A DNA stretch of 64,000 nucleotides from Ptychomitrium polyphyllum (taxonomy: Eukaryota). Shown here one piece after another: positions 1 to 12,200 of the stretch; within the stretch, counting starts at the first letter, position 1, and the number at the start of each line of letters is the position of its first letter. Under the pieces are notes generated by a model. That model worked only from the letters and a program-made list of their open reading frames with translations. It was not told the DNA's origin and ran no database searches. The stretch spans positions 1,550,001-1,614,000 of the forward strand of contig OZ316776.1 in assembly GCA_973851085.1 (NCBI GenBank), written 5' to 3'. A program made the translations under genes and the position numbers.

Positions 1-411
1 CACAGTAAAAGATTAAATTCACCCGATGCTTGCAATCTATGTGGACGATCTTTCGCGTACTGCACTTTTTTTGCAGCAGGCCCTTGAAAGCAGGCATCTT
101 GAGGATAAGAAGCAAGGAGGATTAAAAAAACATGAGGATTAGCACGAAAAATCCCCAACACGCAGTGAGCTTCGTGTATTGACCGCTGTTATGATTCACC
201 TAGTTGCCTCACCTGGGATGTCAAAGGTACAAGGAAATAATACCCGCCGCAAGTCGAGGCGATTGGGAACCGCAAAACATCCGTCTGGCGTTGACAGGTG
301 GGGAGGCGCACAGACGAGAAGAGACTCCATCTTCTCGTCGCCTGTTGAGCAGCGTGAGCTCAATTGTAAGTTTGTAAGCCTCTGGGGAGTAAGAGCACGG
401 GATTCTTAGCC

Positions 412-2064
412 ATGGCTGCGCTCAAAGCGCCGGAGCTGGAGCAATGCGTGTGGGAGACGGGAGTGGTACTCTGCCATGCTCGTGCAGTGGTGCCCAGGCC
501 CAGGTACAGGTGGGTGCACGCAAGGGACGGAGGACGACGGGCTTGGCAGTGAAGGCGATTCGTGTGCCGGATCTGACTGGAGTGGAGAGTAGTAGCGTGG
601 GCATTCCGGGGGTGGCGAAAGGTTGGAGCCCCAGCAGGTGGGCGACGTGGACAGCGTTGCAGCAGCCGTCTTACCCCAATCCGCACAAGGTGGCGGAGGT
701 CGTGAATTAGATGGAGGGGTACCCTCCGCTCGTGTTCGCTGGGGAGGCGCGCAGCTTGGAGGACCGGTTGGGCGAGGCCGCGCTGGGGCGAGCGTTTTTG
801 TTGCAGGCGGCGACTGTGCAGCGAGCTTCAAGGAGTTTCATGCAAACAACATTAGGGACACCTTCCGGGTGCTGTTTCAGATGGGCGTCGTTCTCATGTT
901 TGGAGGGCAGTTGCTGGTTGTCAAGGTGTGAATTCAATCAGCCGTTTCTTTCCCTCAAGTTCTTTCTAAAATTTTCAAGAATCTTGGCAAACTTTCACTT
1001 CTGAGAGTTAAAATCCCCAAATTTGATTTTATAGGGTGCAGGAAACAGTTCAGTAATGGTTGAGTTCAGCAATTTGTGGATTTTGAGATAAGACAGGGTT
1101 TGGTTTGTGGATAGATCGGAAGCATGCAGAGGATCAAAGATTGGAATCTCGATTTCGCTTCTCCTAGTGAGCAAGGCGATAGGTAATTAGTATACTCATC
1201 CCTGTCTTTTCATATAGAAAGCTCATTGGCTGACTAGAGGGTTTGGTAAAGCAAGAATTTTTTTCATTTTTTGTTTCTTAAATTTTATGTATCCTGGTCA
1301 TGTTGTTCATCTTTTCTGGCCAGAATTTTATTTTTCCTTGTTTGCTGGGTTCAGGCACCGGGAGCTAACAAATCGGGTGGATGAAACACTAGGGCTGCCT
1401 GTGGATTGACCTTGGATCATCCAGTGATGACCACTACTGAATTCTGGACCTCACATGAATGTTTGCTCCTTCCGTATGAGCAAGCTATGACCCGGCAGGA
1501 CTCCAATTCAGGGCTTTGGTATGATTGCTCAGCACATTTCCTGTGGATGGGCGAGCGAACATGGCAGTAAGATGGTGCCCACATTGAGTTTGTTCGCGGG
1601 ATTGGAAATCATTTAGGATTGAAGGTAATGAGTTTTCTCTTTCACCTCGTTGTGTTTTCAAGCCTCTGGCTTTCAGTTTTTTTGATAGTGTAATCGGTTG
1701 GAGCTTTGGATTGCTTTGATTAGCTGGAGCTACTACTATCATTCTGGATTCACGGAAGATCCTTACAAGAAGTTCTATTGTATGGTTCTGTCTTTAACGG
1801 TTTGTTCTTCTATCGTAGGTAAGCGACAAGATGGATCCAGCAGAGTTAGTGAATCTTTGCGAGATCTTAAACCCACAAAATAAGCCAGGTCGTCTGACGG
1901 TCATTGTGCGAATGGAAGCTGAGAAACTGCGACGAAAACTCCCTGCTTTAGTTCAAGCTGTACGGCAAGCAGGTGTTATTGTAATATGGGTCAGTGACCC
2001 AATACATGGAAATACTATCAAGGCACTCTAAGGAACTAAGACCCGCCCATTTGATGGCATTCTG
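412..2064 (+). pseudogene. Class II (plastid-type) DAHP synthase pseudogene, intron-containing, internally deleted and 3'-truncated
   Basis: DAHP synthase II peptides appear across several frames: [121 protein letters not shown]. In-frame stops are at 708-710, 1568-1570 and 2029-2031, and frameshifts are near 806 and 1393. GT-AG introns are retained. The C-terminal HLEMTG/CDPRLN exons were not found. Confidence 0.93.
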
Positions 2065-3432
2065 GTGAGTAGACTTCTCAAGCCCCTTTGCGTGTCAGTC
2101 CACTTTAGTCCTATGTGCACCCTCTTCTTGTTCCGATTTTTGGTTTGGTAGAGGTTTGTGCCAGACTGACACAAGCCTAGTTTGTCCCTGTATTCCGTTA
2201 GCATTGTGCCTCAAGAAATACGGTTTGCTAATGACACTTCGAAGAATGGCAGTCCGGGGACAATCAAAAACACGTCTTATAGGATTATAGAACACCAGTA
2301 AGAACTGGTTTATACCTTCTAGTGGTGCTGAAGGACACTTTGCAATGATGCTTAATGAATTTCGCAGAGGTGTATGTATGTTAAGAAATGTTGTTATCCA
2401 ACGGTCTTGCACACGGGGAAAGGGATCGTGATGCGAAGTCTCGAGCTCTCTACTGTTCGTGTTAAGCGAAGGACCTTTTTTGAGGAGTTGGTTATATCCA
2501 CGGCTACGTGTCCACGATTTGAACCTTCCTCTCCACTGAAGTTTTGGGAGGGATACGATGATCATCAGAGTTGCGAGTTTTCAATGATTCTATAGGTTAG
2601 TGGCGGATATAGGAGTTTACCTCTGTGGTCTATGGCTATGATGAAAGCCAGAGATTCCATGTATTTTATGAAACTACCACTGCATACATACCGTCAAGAT
2701 GAGTAGCCTAAAAACAAGGGCTTTCGATAATCAAGAGCTTTATTCTTGTTTATTTTCATTTCGTTGACCCGAAGTGTTTGTAAGAAATATTATTAGATGT
2801 AACACGGCGTCAAGCTTGATGGATAATCCTTAGAGTAAAGTAAACGAGAAGGGATGTGCACAGGTTTGATACAAAAAATTAGAACACAGGGTAGTGAGCT
2901 TCAGCGTTATCAGTAAACTATATCACAATATTTTATAAAAGTTTCAAGACTGTATTTCGAAATTGTACAATGACTATCGTCCTTGGAGGCTTCAATTGCC
3001 ATGGACATGGGGTTGCACCCCAGAGAAATGCTCGTTTCCTAATCAAAACGTGACAACGGCGAAATCAACGCGAAGCTCTTGGAATCGTATCCAACACTTC
3101 AACACGTAGCTATGGCCGTGTGTGAATTGATCACAGCAACTGATAACCTGTGTAGTATTGAAGGAAAACAAATAGTTTACCACTCGGGAACGCAAAGAAT
3201 GAAACCACAAGGAAAAGTCAAACTGACCACCACCAGTCAACTGCATCAAATGAGCTCTAAAATTTCGTATCTAACTTGTGGAGCTGATTTGTTCCCGACT
3301 TGCACCTCCACTCTCGAATCCTTACGAGTTTCCTGTCAGAAGCTTGAGTAGATAGCAGCTGTGGTGCGAAGAACTAGATTACAATCCCTTTCCTCTCTTG
3401 CAGGAAGATGGTGACGAGAACCCGCCCTTCAA

Positions 3433-5318
3433 TTAAAGGTAAGAGTAAGTGTTGCGGTTTGAACCAACTTTCAAAGGCTCCTTGGCAGCTTGGGGAGGTC
3501 TCAAAGTATGATTCCCAGAACCGTTGATGACAGGTAAGACATCAAAAGAGCATTGCTGCGGAGGCCTCGTCAACGGGAGATGATCTGTGACATTATGCTC
3601 AGAAACTTCCTGCAGATGTGGATGTCCAAAGTCCCAATTTGCTATTTGTTTGAAGCTGGAGTCCGACGATGAGTTTGTTGAGCAAGAACTCTTTGACGTG
3701 CTTCTTGAGTGTCTTGTACTTGGATTGAAGTCGCTAGAGCTGCTGCTGGAATCTTTATCACGACTCCGTCTTATTGAAAACTTAGACGCTGCTGCGTCAG
3801 AGTATGTCTCCAACTCACTACTACCAAGTCCTGCGAAAGTGAAGGTGTCCGCGCTTGAAACGCCGAACGAGAAAGAATCCACCTCTTTGTCATTTTTTAA
3901 AGAATCGCTGCTCTGTTGCCGTCTTTCGACAGGAATGTCGGTTCCGAAGGTGAAGCTGATATCTATGCATTTCTCCAGGTCAACATTGTTCCAGTCTTCA
4001 GCGTGGCTCCCAATCCGATGTTTCAACAACGGAGATTCACCGTCACGACTTCCCCGACTATCTGAAAGGTTCAGCTCAATCTCAAATGTTTCCGAAGAGC
4101 TTGAGCTATTCACCAGGGCAGTTCGCGGAAGAGGAACTGGTCGATTCACGAGAACCCATGAAGGCGTCCTAGAGATTTCCTTCGAAGAGGCGGTCTGCAA
4201 AGGAGTCTGCTGAAGGTTGGGCTTCCTACCATTCAGTTTTTCAGAAGTTTTAAGATTGCCTGTCAAGACGCTTCTGCAAACAGGGCAGGTGATATTTTTA
4301 TCAAGAAGAGGATCGATACAGTGCCTGTGAAAAATGTGATCACACTGAGGGAGCTGCCGCATGATGTCTTCGTCGCGGAAATCCAGCCAGCAGAGTGGGC
4401 ACCTTGAACATAGACACATTTCCACGTTGAATTCAATTTCAGAAATCTACTCCAACAGATTATCAGTAATAGTGGTTTAGACTTTGAATGAAGACACTGA
4501 TTTGCTACACCTTTGCTATTATGTTGCATTGAGCTCCAAATTTCTTTTATCCTTAAGAGAAAATGCCAACAATTACGCAGAGACAGGAGAAACTCAAGTA
4601 TCGAAGGCAAACGTAAGTTGTGGGATGCCAATACTTACCGTAATTTTGCACCGCCATCGACGTTCAGATCGCTGGTCTTTACAGTCGGCAATATAAGCAC
4701 ATCTTCTCGATCCTGAACCTGTATTAGAACCCCCATGCCCAACAAAGTAACACGAATTTCAATTGGAATCATAAACCAGCCAGTAGGTGTCAAGAACTTG
4801 AGAACAAATACATTAAATGCAACAACGTAATATGCGAAGAGACTTCCGTCGTTTTTGAATCAGATGCCAGCAGAAATAAGCACTGTTGACATCAAAACAC
4901 TCTCAATCTTGTGGAAACCTATCAGAGAAAGCGAATATCGTGCTGAGACAGATGTAGGTTCATTAGTTTTACCAACGCCACGACTGGAGCAAAAACTGGA
5001 ATCCCTATTAAAATTACGGAACCAGTCGTAAATTTGCAGTGCTCCAGGCATCAGCAAACTATTAATGTCTAGATTACCGGTAGAAACCAGACAGTTACTT
5101 AAAATGTTCGACTATCCGACGAGATGTTTTGTTTTTAACAGAAATAGCAATAGATAAGAGGAATCACTCACAGAAATCTCGTCAGGTGTCGCGGAAATCT
5201 GGCCTTTGCTCATGCGATGCCGAAGCTTCCAAATTCCCCAGGAAACGCAGCAAATAACTACAAGGAAGAATATTCCTAACCCAATGGCGATGGCTACCTT
5301 GATCATCATAGAAATCAT
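3433..5318 (-). CDS. ATL-like RING-H2 E3 ubiquitin ligase with an N-terminal transmembrane helix and a Ser-rich tail
   Basis: Exons 5318-5172, 4718-4639 and 4402-3433 join in frame with GT-AG ends. A hydrophobic segment (VAIAIGLGIFFLVVICCVSWGIW) is followed by a basic patch. RING-H2 motif: CPLC...CDHIFHRHC...CPVC. Confidence 0.88.
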
Positions 5319-6364
5319 TACAGAATTTCACAAACGTGTTGAATTTCTCCTGAAGGATTTTGTACAGCGAGATGGCAGCGCGTACAAAAGCATCCACTAA
5401 GATTACACAGAACCTAAACATACATCGCCTAATTTGGAACAAACTAGCATTCACTGAAACAAGATCGAAATTCTCCTCTAATCAACAACTGTCCTCATCC
5501 TGTAAAATCTTATCGCTGATTCTTCGAACTTTGCAACCCCTGCCACTATCCTTCTCGAACCCAACCCCTTCCCTGCCTGCCCTTAGTGAGTCCTTGACAT
5601 CGTCCAAAACATAGTGAATTGTCCTTCGCTACCTGCTACAGTTGAACCGCAAAGAAACGAACCAACGTCTTTTGACTAGCAATCACCTTCTCGAAACCCG
5701 CCATATCCGATGAAAATAGCACAGCCCAAAGATCGGTCTCAGCTTCTAGAGTCCACGAGCTAAGTATGAGCCACTAAGCCAAGTAGAGTACCTTGCGTCT
5801 TCGCTAGAAACACTCTCCGACCTCCCGTCCGCTCTACGCAACTCGAATTACGACGATCTAAGTAAGAACCCCAAGTTCCCCAACCTCCTCAAAAACCAAA
5901 AAAACTTAAAAGCTCCATCTCTTCCAGCACAACATCACACAACCTCGCCCTAACAGCAGCAGTCACCAGCGACAGAAACCATCTCTCAACACCTGCAATT
6001 GAATCCAACTAAACCTGTCCAACTGCGGGTCATGAAGACGCCCGTGAGCCGACCTCACCTCCCAGCGCAATCGGGTTCCGCCATGGCATCATGAGAGCTG
6101 AGCAGGAAGACGTCGAGCACAGAATCTAACGCGGCATCGGCATGCATCGACCCGTCTCCAGATTCTAACATACCGGGCCCCGCTCCCCTCCGTCCACCAC
6201 CACAGCTGTATTGTCCGACTCACGCCGCGATCATGGCATGTGCTCTAACATGAGCTCTGACGGGGCGGAATTAACATCTGAATCTCATCAAGCTGCGATC
6301 AGAGGCCATCAAGCTAACATCTGAGTCAGGTCAGACAGTCTACCGTCTAACGATGAAGCCTGAT

Positions 6365-6572
6365 CTGAACAAGACCTGAGCCAAACCTGATCCAAACCTG
6401 CGCACCACTGAGACAAACCTGCGCAACACCTGAGCCAAATCTGAACCAAACCTGAACCAGACCTGAGCACCACCTGAGACAAACCTGCGCAACACCTGAG
6501 CCAAATCTGAACCAAACCTGAGCCAAACCTGAGCCAAACAGTGAACTCGAGCGAACCTGAGCGATACTGAGC
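6365..6572. repeat. 11-bp minisatellite (consensus CTGAGCCAAAC), about 16 units, with a 66-bp higher-order duplication
   Basis: Units read directly (ctgagccaaac, ctgatccaaac, ctgaaccaaac, ctgcgcaacac). The block beginning ctgagacaaac recurs at 6408 and 6474. Confidence 0.92.
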
Positions 6573-8499
6573 GAGAACACTCACCGTTGGTCGTAAGTGA
6601 GCACTGTGGTCGGCGAGGAAGGCGATAGGAAACTCATGGCTGGAGAACAAGTCAAACGCTGCAACCAGCGGTGCCACTGCTCGACATGTCATGTATTCAA
6701 GAATCAAGGACTTGCCTAGTGCCATGCCCCGCGACCAGGGACTGCAACTTCCTCTACATGGTATTCTAACTTTTTTGAATTTTTTTCAAGTTTCTCAGTC
6801 AAGCATTAGAGAATGGTAATATTGAGTGAGTTACATTTATTGTGATATGTCACTCTGTTTTGTTGGCTTTGTTTTAATGCCTTGTAGATTCTGAAGTAAA
6901 ATCCAATGTGAAATTTTGAAGTTGTTTTTGCCTCTCTTGATTACTCTCTTGACTTCCTCTTATGTTGCGATTACTTGGTTACACAGACTGATGGGAGATG
7001 TCTATTTTTAAGGAAATTTTCTTGTTTAGGTAACCACTCAGTTTGACCATTACTTTTTAGAATTTAAACACATCATTTGAACATGAAATGCTGAATTTGT
7101 CATCGTCCTTTTGAAAATTTTCAAAAACAACATCAAATAAGTCATTCTGGTCATCTAATAGTTCCGCGAGCATTTTAGTTGTGTAACAGGACATGTGCTG
7201 CCATGATTGAAGTATATTGATGGCCAGATTATAAAATCATTCATACTACATTGCAGATAACTATCACATCAGGTAGAACCACCTAACAGTGCCCAGGACC
7301 TGATTGGTCCCTGATGCTGTACAACTCATGTTGCAAAACTCAGCTCTAAGCACAGTACACAAAGTTTCAAAGGAAATCACAAACGTCGTGGAGCCCTTAG
7401 CATGTGCGTATTCACTGAAGTTCACGATATCTACTGACTAGATCCACTCTCGGTGAATGTTCATGATGGCCCGGCACTCATAAAAAGCTGAGGGGATATT
7501 GCTGATTGATACGCAGTTCGTGATAGTGTGCACACTTCCTGAAGATTGTTGAAGAAACAGTGGGGGGGCAGCTCTCCTGTGTTGAAGCAGCTCTTCACAT
7601 TTTTCAATCTATCAATGTCCACATACCTATGAAAATTTTCTTTACAAAATCCGGTAATGCCTGGAAGAATGCAAGAGGATTGAATGCCTGTCTTTTTGTT
7701 GCGGTGAACATCTTTGGTTCAACCTGTGAGTTGAGGGTTGACGTTTTCATGTTTATCTAAATGGGCCCATACTATGAAGATTCTTGAGCCTTGACTTGTA
7801 CAGGAACTTGCCATCAAAGAAGCTTTCTCGACCCCCAAGGACGTGATTTAGGCAGCAATAAAAGGTCTTTACACAAAATTGGGATCTCACCGTCGCTTAC
7901 ATTCATCCGCAGTTCGTCAAGGTGGATCCCAGCTTGGGGGATAAATCACCCCGTTTGTGCATACTCCTCTCCCAGCTCTAGCCCCTTCGTTCTCATTTTT
8001 CTCAGTTTAACCCAAAATGGGATTTGCTTGATGGCCAAAATACGTTATATGGCCACTTTTAGGTGGTTCTAATTTGGAAAGAAATCAACATCATTCAACA
8101 AGGTATGTCATTCTTACAGTACTGAATCCAGTGTTGGACTTTCAGCAATTTTGCATACACACTTATCCAAATTTGAAATGAAAAAACTCGTATTCCAAGA
8201 TGTTATCATTAAACGATGGATTTCTACTATGAATTTTTTAGTTCAGTACAAATTTTCTAATAAATTACTGAAATTTAAAATATTTGGAATTTAAACATGA
8301 GATTAATACACCTGGGACTATGGAAGGAAAAGATCCACAATGAGTACAGGAATCACTCGATATTAATTCATGGCGATCACACTTGATTAGTTCATGGATC
8401 ACCATGATCGGTATTTTCATATTGTATTTTTCACTTTTTTTTTAAGTAATGTATGCTTCACTAAGTGATATTTGCTCCATTGATAAATTAACTTGAGAT

Positions 8500-8582
8500 G
8501 TTCATTTCAGAAAGTTTCTGACTTTAAGGAGTTCATTTCAGAAAGTTTCTCTGACTTTAAGGAGTTGATTTCAAAAAAGTTC
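8500..8582. repeat. 31-33 bp tandem repeat, about 2.5 copies
   Basis: gttcatttcagaaagtttct(ct)gactttaagga occurs twice, followed by a partial gttgatttcaaaaaagttc. Confidence 0.85.
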
Positions 8583-9203
8583 ATAGAAAATAAGAAGAAT
8601 TCAGAGGTTTTCTTTTCATGTCAAGGAACAAGTCCAGGCAACACACGTGGTTGTGAGGTTGTGTGGTGTGGAAGTGAATTCAAGCCAACTATCAAGCAAA
8701 GAGGGTACAACACTAACCAGCTATTCTACGAACATACAGTAGAAGTACTCCTGTACATTCAACTGGATCTAGACAATCTGCCAACACCATCCAAACATAA
8801 CGATACCATTCCAAAGCTCAAAAACCGCATCTCACACTAAGAAAGTCAAGAACCAACTCCATCATTACCTGGGCATACTAACTCCGAGCATCGCTTTACA
8901 CTCATGTACACAAATACCGTACCTCTTCACTTTCTAAGTTGATTTGTTGTAAAGTCCATGCTGAGTAAAACAGCACATTGCTGTAGCGCTTTAAGGGATA
9001 ACAACTGTTTTTCCCTTACTCAAACCATCTTGGAGCAGCTTTAAACGCATAATTACAAGCTCCAGGAAATGCCTTTCAATCCTAAGTGTGACAATACAAC
9101 CCATTATATTTCTTCCATTCACCCATACGTGACAACAAGACCTCATATATTTCATAGTAGTGTTCAGCCGACACCACAACATTGCCCATGATAGCTCGAG
9201 GGC

Positions 9204-12200
9204 TCATTTCTTCTTCGTCCACAAGCAAGCCACTGCGCCCACAACCACAATCACGGATAAACTTCCAGCAAGTGAGGTGCCCATCACAGATAGCAAGGGC
9301 TTCTGGAACATGTGACTGGCAGCGGCAGGGAGGCATCGTAAGAGAAATGGTGCTTTGCTACTTCGTTCAAACTCCTCCATGTCAAAGTCCTGTTAAAACA
9401 TGGTCATTAATGTACGTCAAGATGAAAGTATCATTAAATAGGAACAATCGAGACATCCACTCACATCTACTGAACATAACGCCAAACTTGAAGAATGTAA
9501 ATAACATAATCGAGCTTGTCGGAATGGAAAGCTGTATTGAAAGGACGGTAAGTCTAGTAGATATGCTGTCTTACATAGATACCTTGGAATAGGGTACTCA
9601 CAGGAGGGATCTTGTTGAGACTCTTTAGATGATTTATGTGCAACTTCACATTCGACAATGCAGCTGGCCAGTATGTAGTCGGTGTCTCGTGATATACTTG
9701 AGAAACCACTTGGTAAGCTGTTTTTGCCCCGCTTTGGATTACACTGAGAATCTTCGCCTCTCTCGCTTCCCGATGCCTGTGACAAGCTCAAATAAACCCA
9801 AAAAGAAATTATTAGAGTAGGCAATGATACTTGGTAACAATCCTTGGGTGACATATTAGCCGGTACATGCATGTTAACAAAAACAACTGAAAATAACTTT
9901 ACCTAATGTAATTTTGCAGCATGTGCATGGGCCACAAGGTAGGGTAACCGTGAGCTGGTATGATCACTTTTGGTTCAAGTTCTAGAAACCGCTGGCAAGT
10001 CGCCAGATAATCCTGCAGCAATAGTCGTCCCATGTCAAACTCACAGACAACATGTAGAACTTATAGTCACATAAAAAAGACTCTGTTAAACACCATTCCT
10101 GTAGGCTCCAAAGCTGCAATCGAATTTCAATATTGTGAAATATGCTAGTTTAGGTGAGCAAGAATTTAACACAGAGAGCAGGCAGACCTCCAAGTTGCCA
10201 CCTGACGCAGCATCCAACACTGAACTCCCATGACTGGAGTTGTATCCAACCAGAACACTACAGTTAGAAAGTGGAGTAGTAATTCGTGGGTTCCATAATG
10301 TAATTTTACTCAAAGGAAATAATACTCACTAAACCAAATTAAAAGTTTTGAAAAACAACAAAAATCAAATAAGAAGCTATTTGTCCATTTCTAGTAACAC
10401 CAAGAGAAGGACTTCCTGACGGCTGCTACGTAAAACCAATTGAAGAATCCAAGAATCAGTTTATGACAATGCACAAGTTAACTTTTGAACATGCATGCTT
10501 TCTAGTTCTAAGCTGAAGCGCATGTGACTAGCTGGAATTGCATGGGATCTCTCTGACTGACAATACACAAGTTTACTATAACCCAATCAGTTACCTAGAG
10601 CACCTCCATATTTCGGAGCAAACTGTGCAAATCGTTACAGCTGGATGATAATTACTTGAAATCAGGCATGCCACTCTCACTTGACAAGCTCATAGTCTGT
10701 TTCTCCACTTACCCGACACAGTGATCACCGACGAGAAGAGTGCGTGTGGCGCGATGAAACAAACCAAGATGACCATCTGTGTGTCCCTGCTCACAGCACC
10801 TTGTGTTAATTTGAAGTAGTTGCATATTGCCGGTGTTAGGGAATGAAACAGGTGACAACAGTATGCTATACTTCACCCACTTCGGAATTACTGGATTCTT
10901 CAAATTGTCGTTATTTTATGATATTGGTACCATCAAGTGGCGCACTCAGTTTAGTGTGCAAAACACTCATTGTGGCGAGATAAAAGTGGTATTGGAGATC
11001 ATACTGGAGCGGAGACAATTTCAAGTTCCTGGCCGGAAATTAACAGTTTGGAGCCGCCATTGACAGCGATGCAGTCCAGGCCATAATCTGGTCGTCAAAA
11101 TTGCATGGTCAGAGGAAATAAAATTATTCGTGAGTAACAGCGCATGAATGTTACAGAAGCAACGCTTGAACGCAATAGATGACAAGCAATTCATACATTA
11201 CCTTTTCCCATGCGCTGAAGTGTTTTCTCATGCGCAATAATAATAGCCTGAGGACTATTCTGTTTCACCGTAGGCAGGCCTGCATGACCAAGGCACGGCA
11301 CGTAGCTTTTTAGTAAAGCAATCGATAAGGATGTTGGTTCACGTGTAACAAAGACCATCAGACAGAAGGCAGCAGCAGGCAAGACAAAATCTAATCTACA
11401 CAAAGCTGTAGATGAGTAAAAGGGCAGGTTGAGATGAAAACAGTATCAAACAAAAAGAAAATATTAGCTGTTACTAGGTTAGAAGATGTGGAAGCAAAGA
11501 ATCTGACCCTCGATATGATCATGGTGGTGGTGCGTTATGAAAATCAAAAGCTTCTTTGGCAGCTCATTAACAATCTTGGCAAGCTGCTCTGCACCAGCGG
11601 GAAACGGCTTAGGTGTCACAGCTAAAGTGTTACACAAACATCACACTGTATCCCTTACTCGGTACAGCTAGAAAACGGAGATGGCTCATGTTCCAAGCAT
11701 AGAAGCAGATTAGTAAACCATTGAAATGAAACTAGATACCTGGGTATGTGCAGCAGCAGGATAGCATCCAGGGTCGCATATTAAAGCATCTCCACACGCA
11801 ACAGCCACGGTGGTGTCAACTGGATGTTGCAATGGAGCCGTTGGAGCCATCACCACCAAATTAGTTTTGCTGAAAGGTCTTATCGTGGCCGAGTCCATTG
11901 GCGCCACGAACACCCCGGGTGGATACTCCTTTTGCAAGTAGAGTGCAACGCTCAGCAACGATTAAAACAGACAGTTGCTCACTGAAAAGTAATTGCTTGC
12001 CAAATCTGTCATTCGCATAGTGAAACATTTGAAAGAGGGCTGAAGCACGGAAATCCACGAAACAAAGCAGATGGTGTATTTTCCTTGAAAACCAGTCATA
12101 CACTTACTTGGCCGTGTATATTGAGATCGTACTTGAACGACAAGCCTGAAGGGAAGTACGAGGAAAAGGCAAACATAGCCAGGGGTCCAATTCGCTTTTG

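Noticed and set aside
708..2031. DAHP synthase stops repaired by U-to-C RNA editing
   Set aside because: Such editing is organellar. This locus is nuclear with spliceosomal introns, and it also has frameshifts and deletions.
3587..4213. 208-aa plus-strand ORF
   Set aside because: It is the antisense shadow of the Ser-rich ATL exon and has no recognisable domain.
6309..6725. Overlapping repetitive ORFs (GSGLVQIWLR...)
   Set aside because: They are artefacts of the stop-free 11-bp minisatellite.
7200..8130. Coding-like island between the ATL and MBL genes
   Set aside because: All frames are interrupted and no motif is recognisable; it cannot be assigned without a search.
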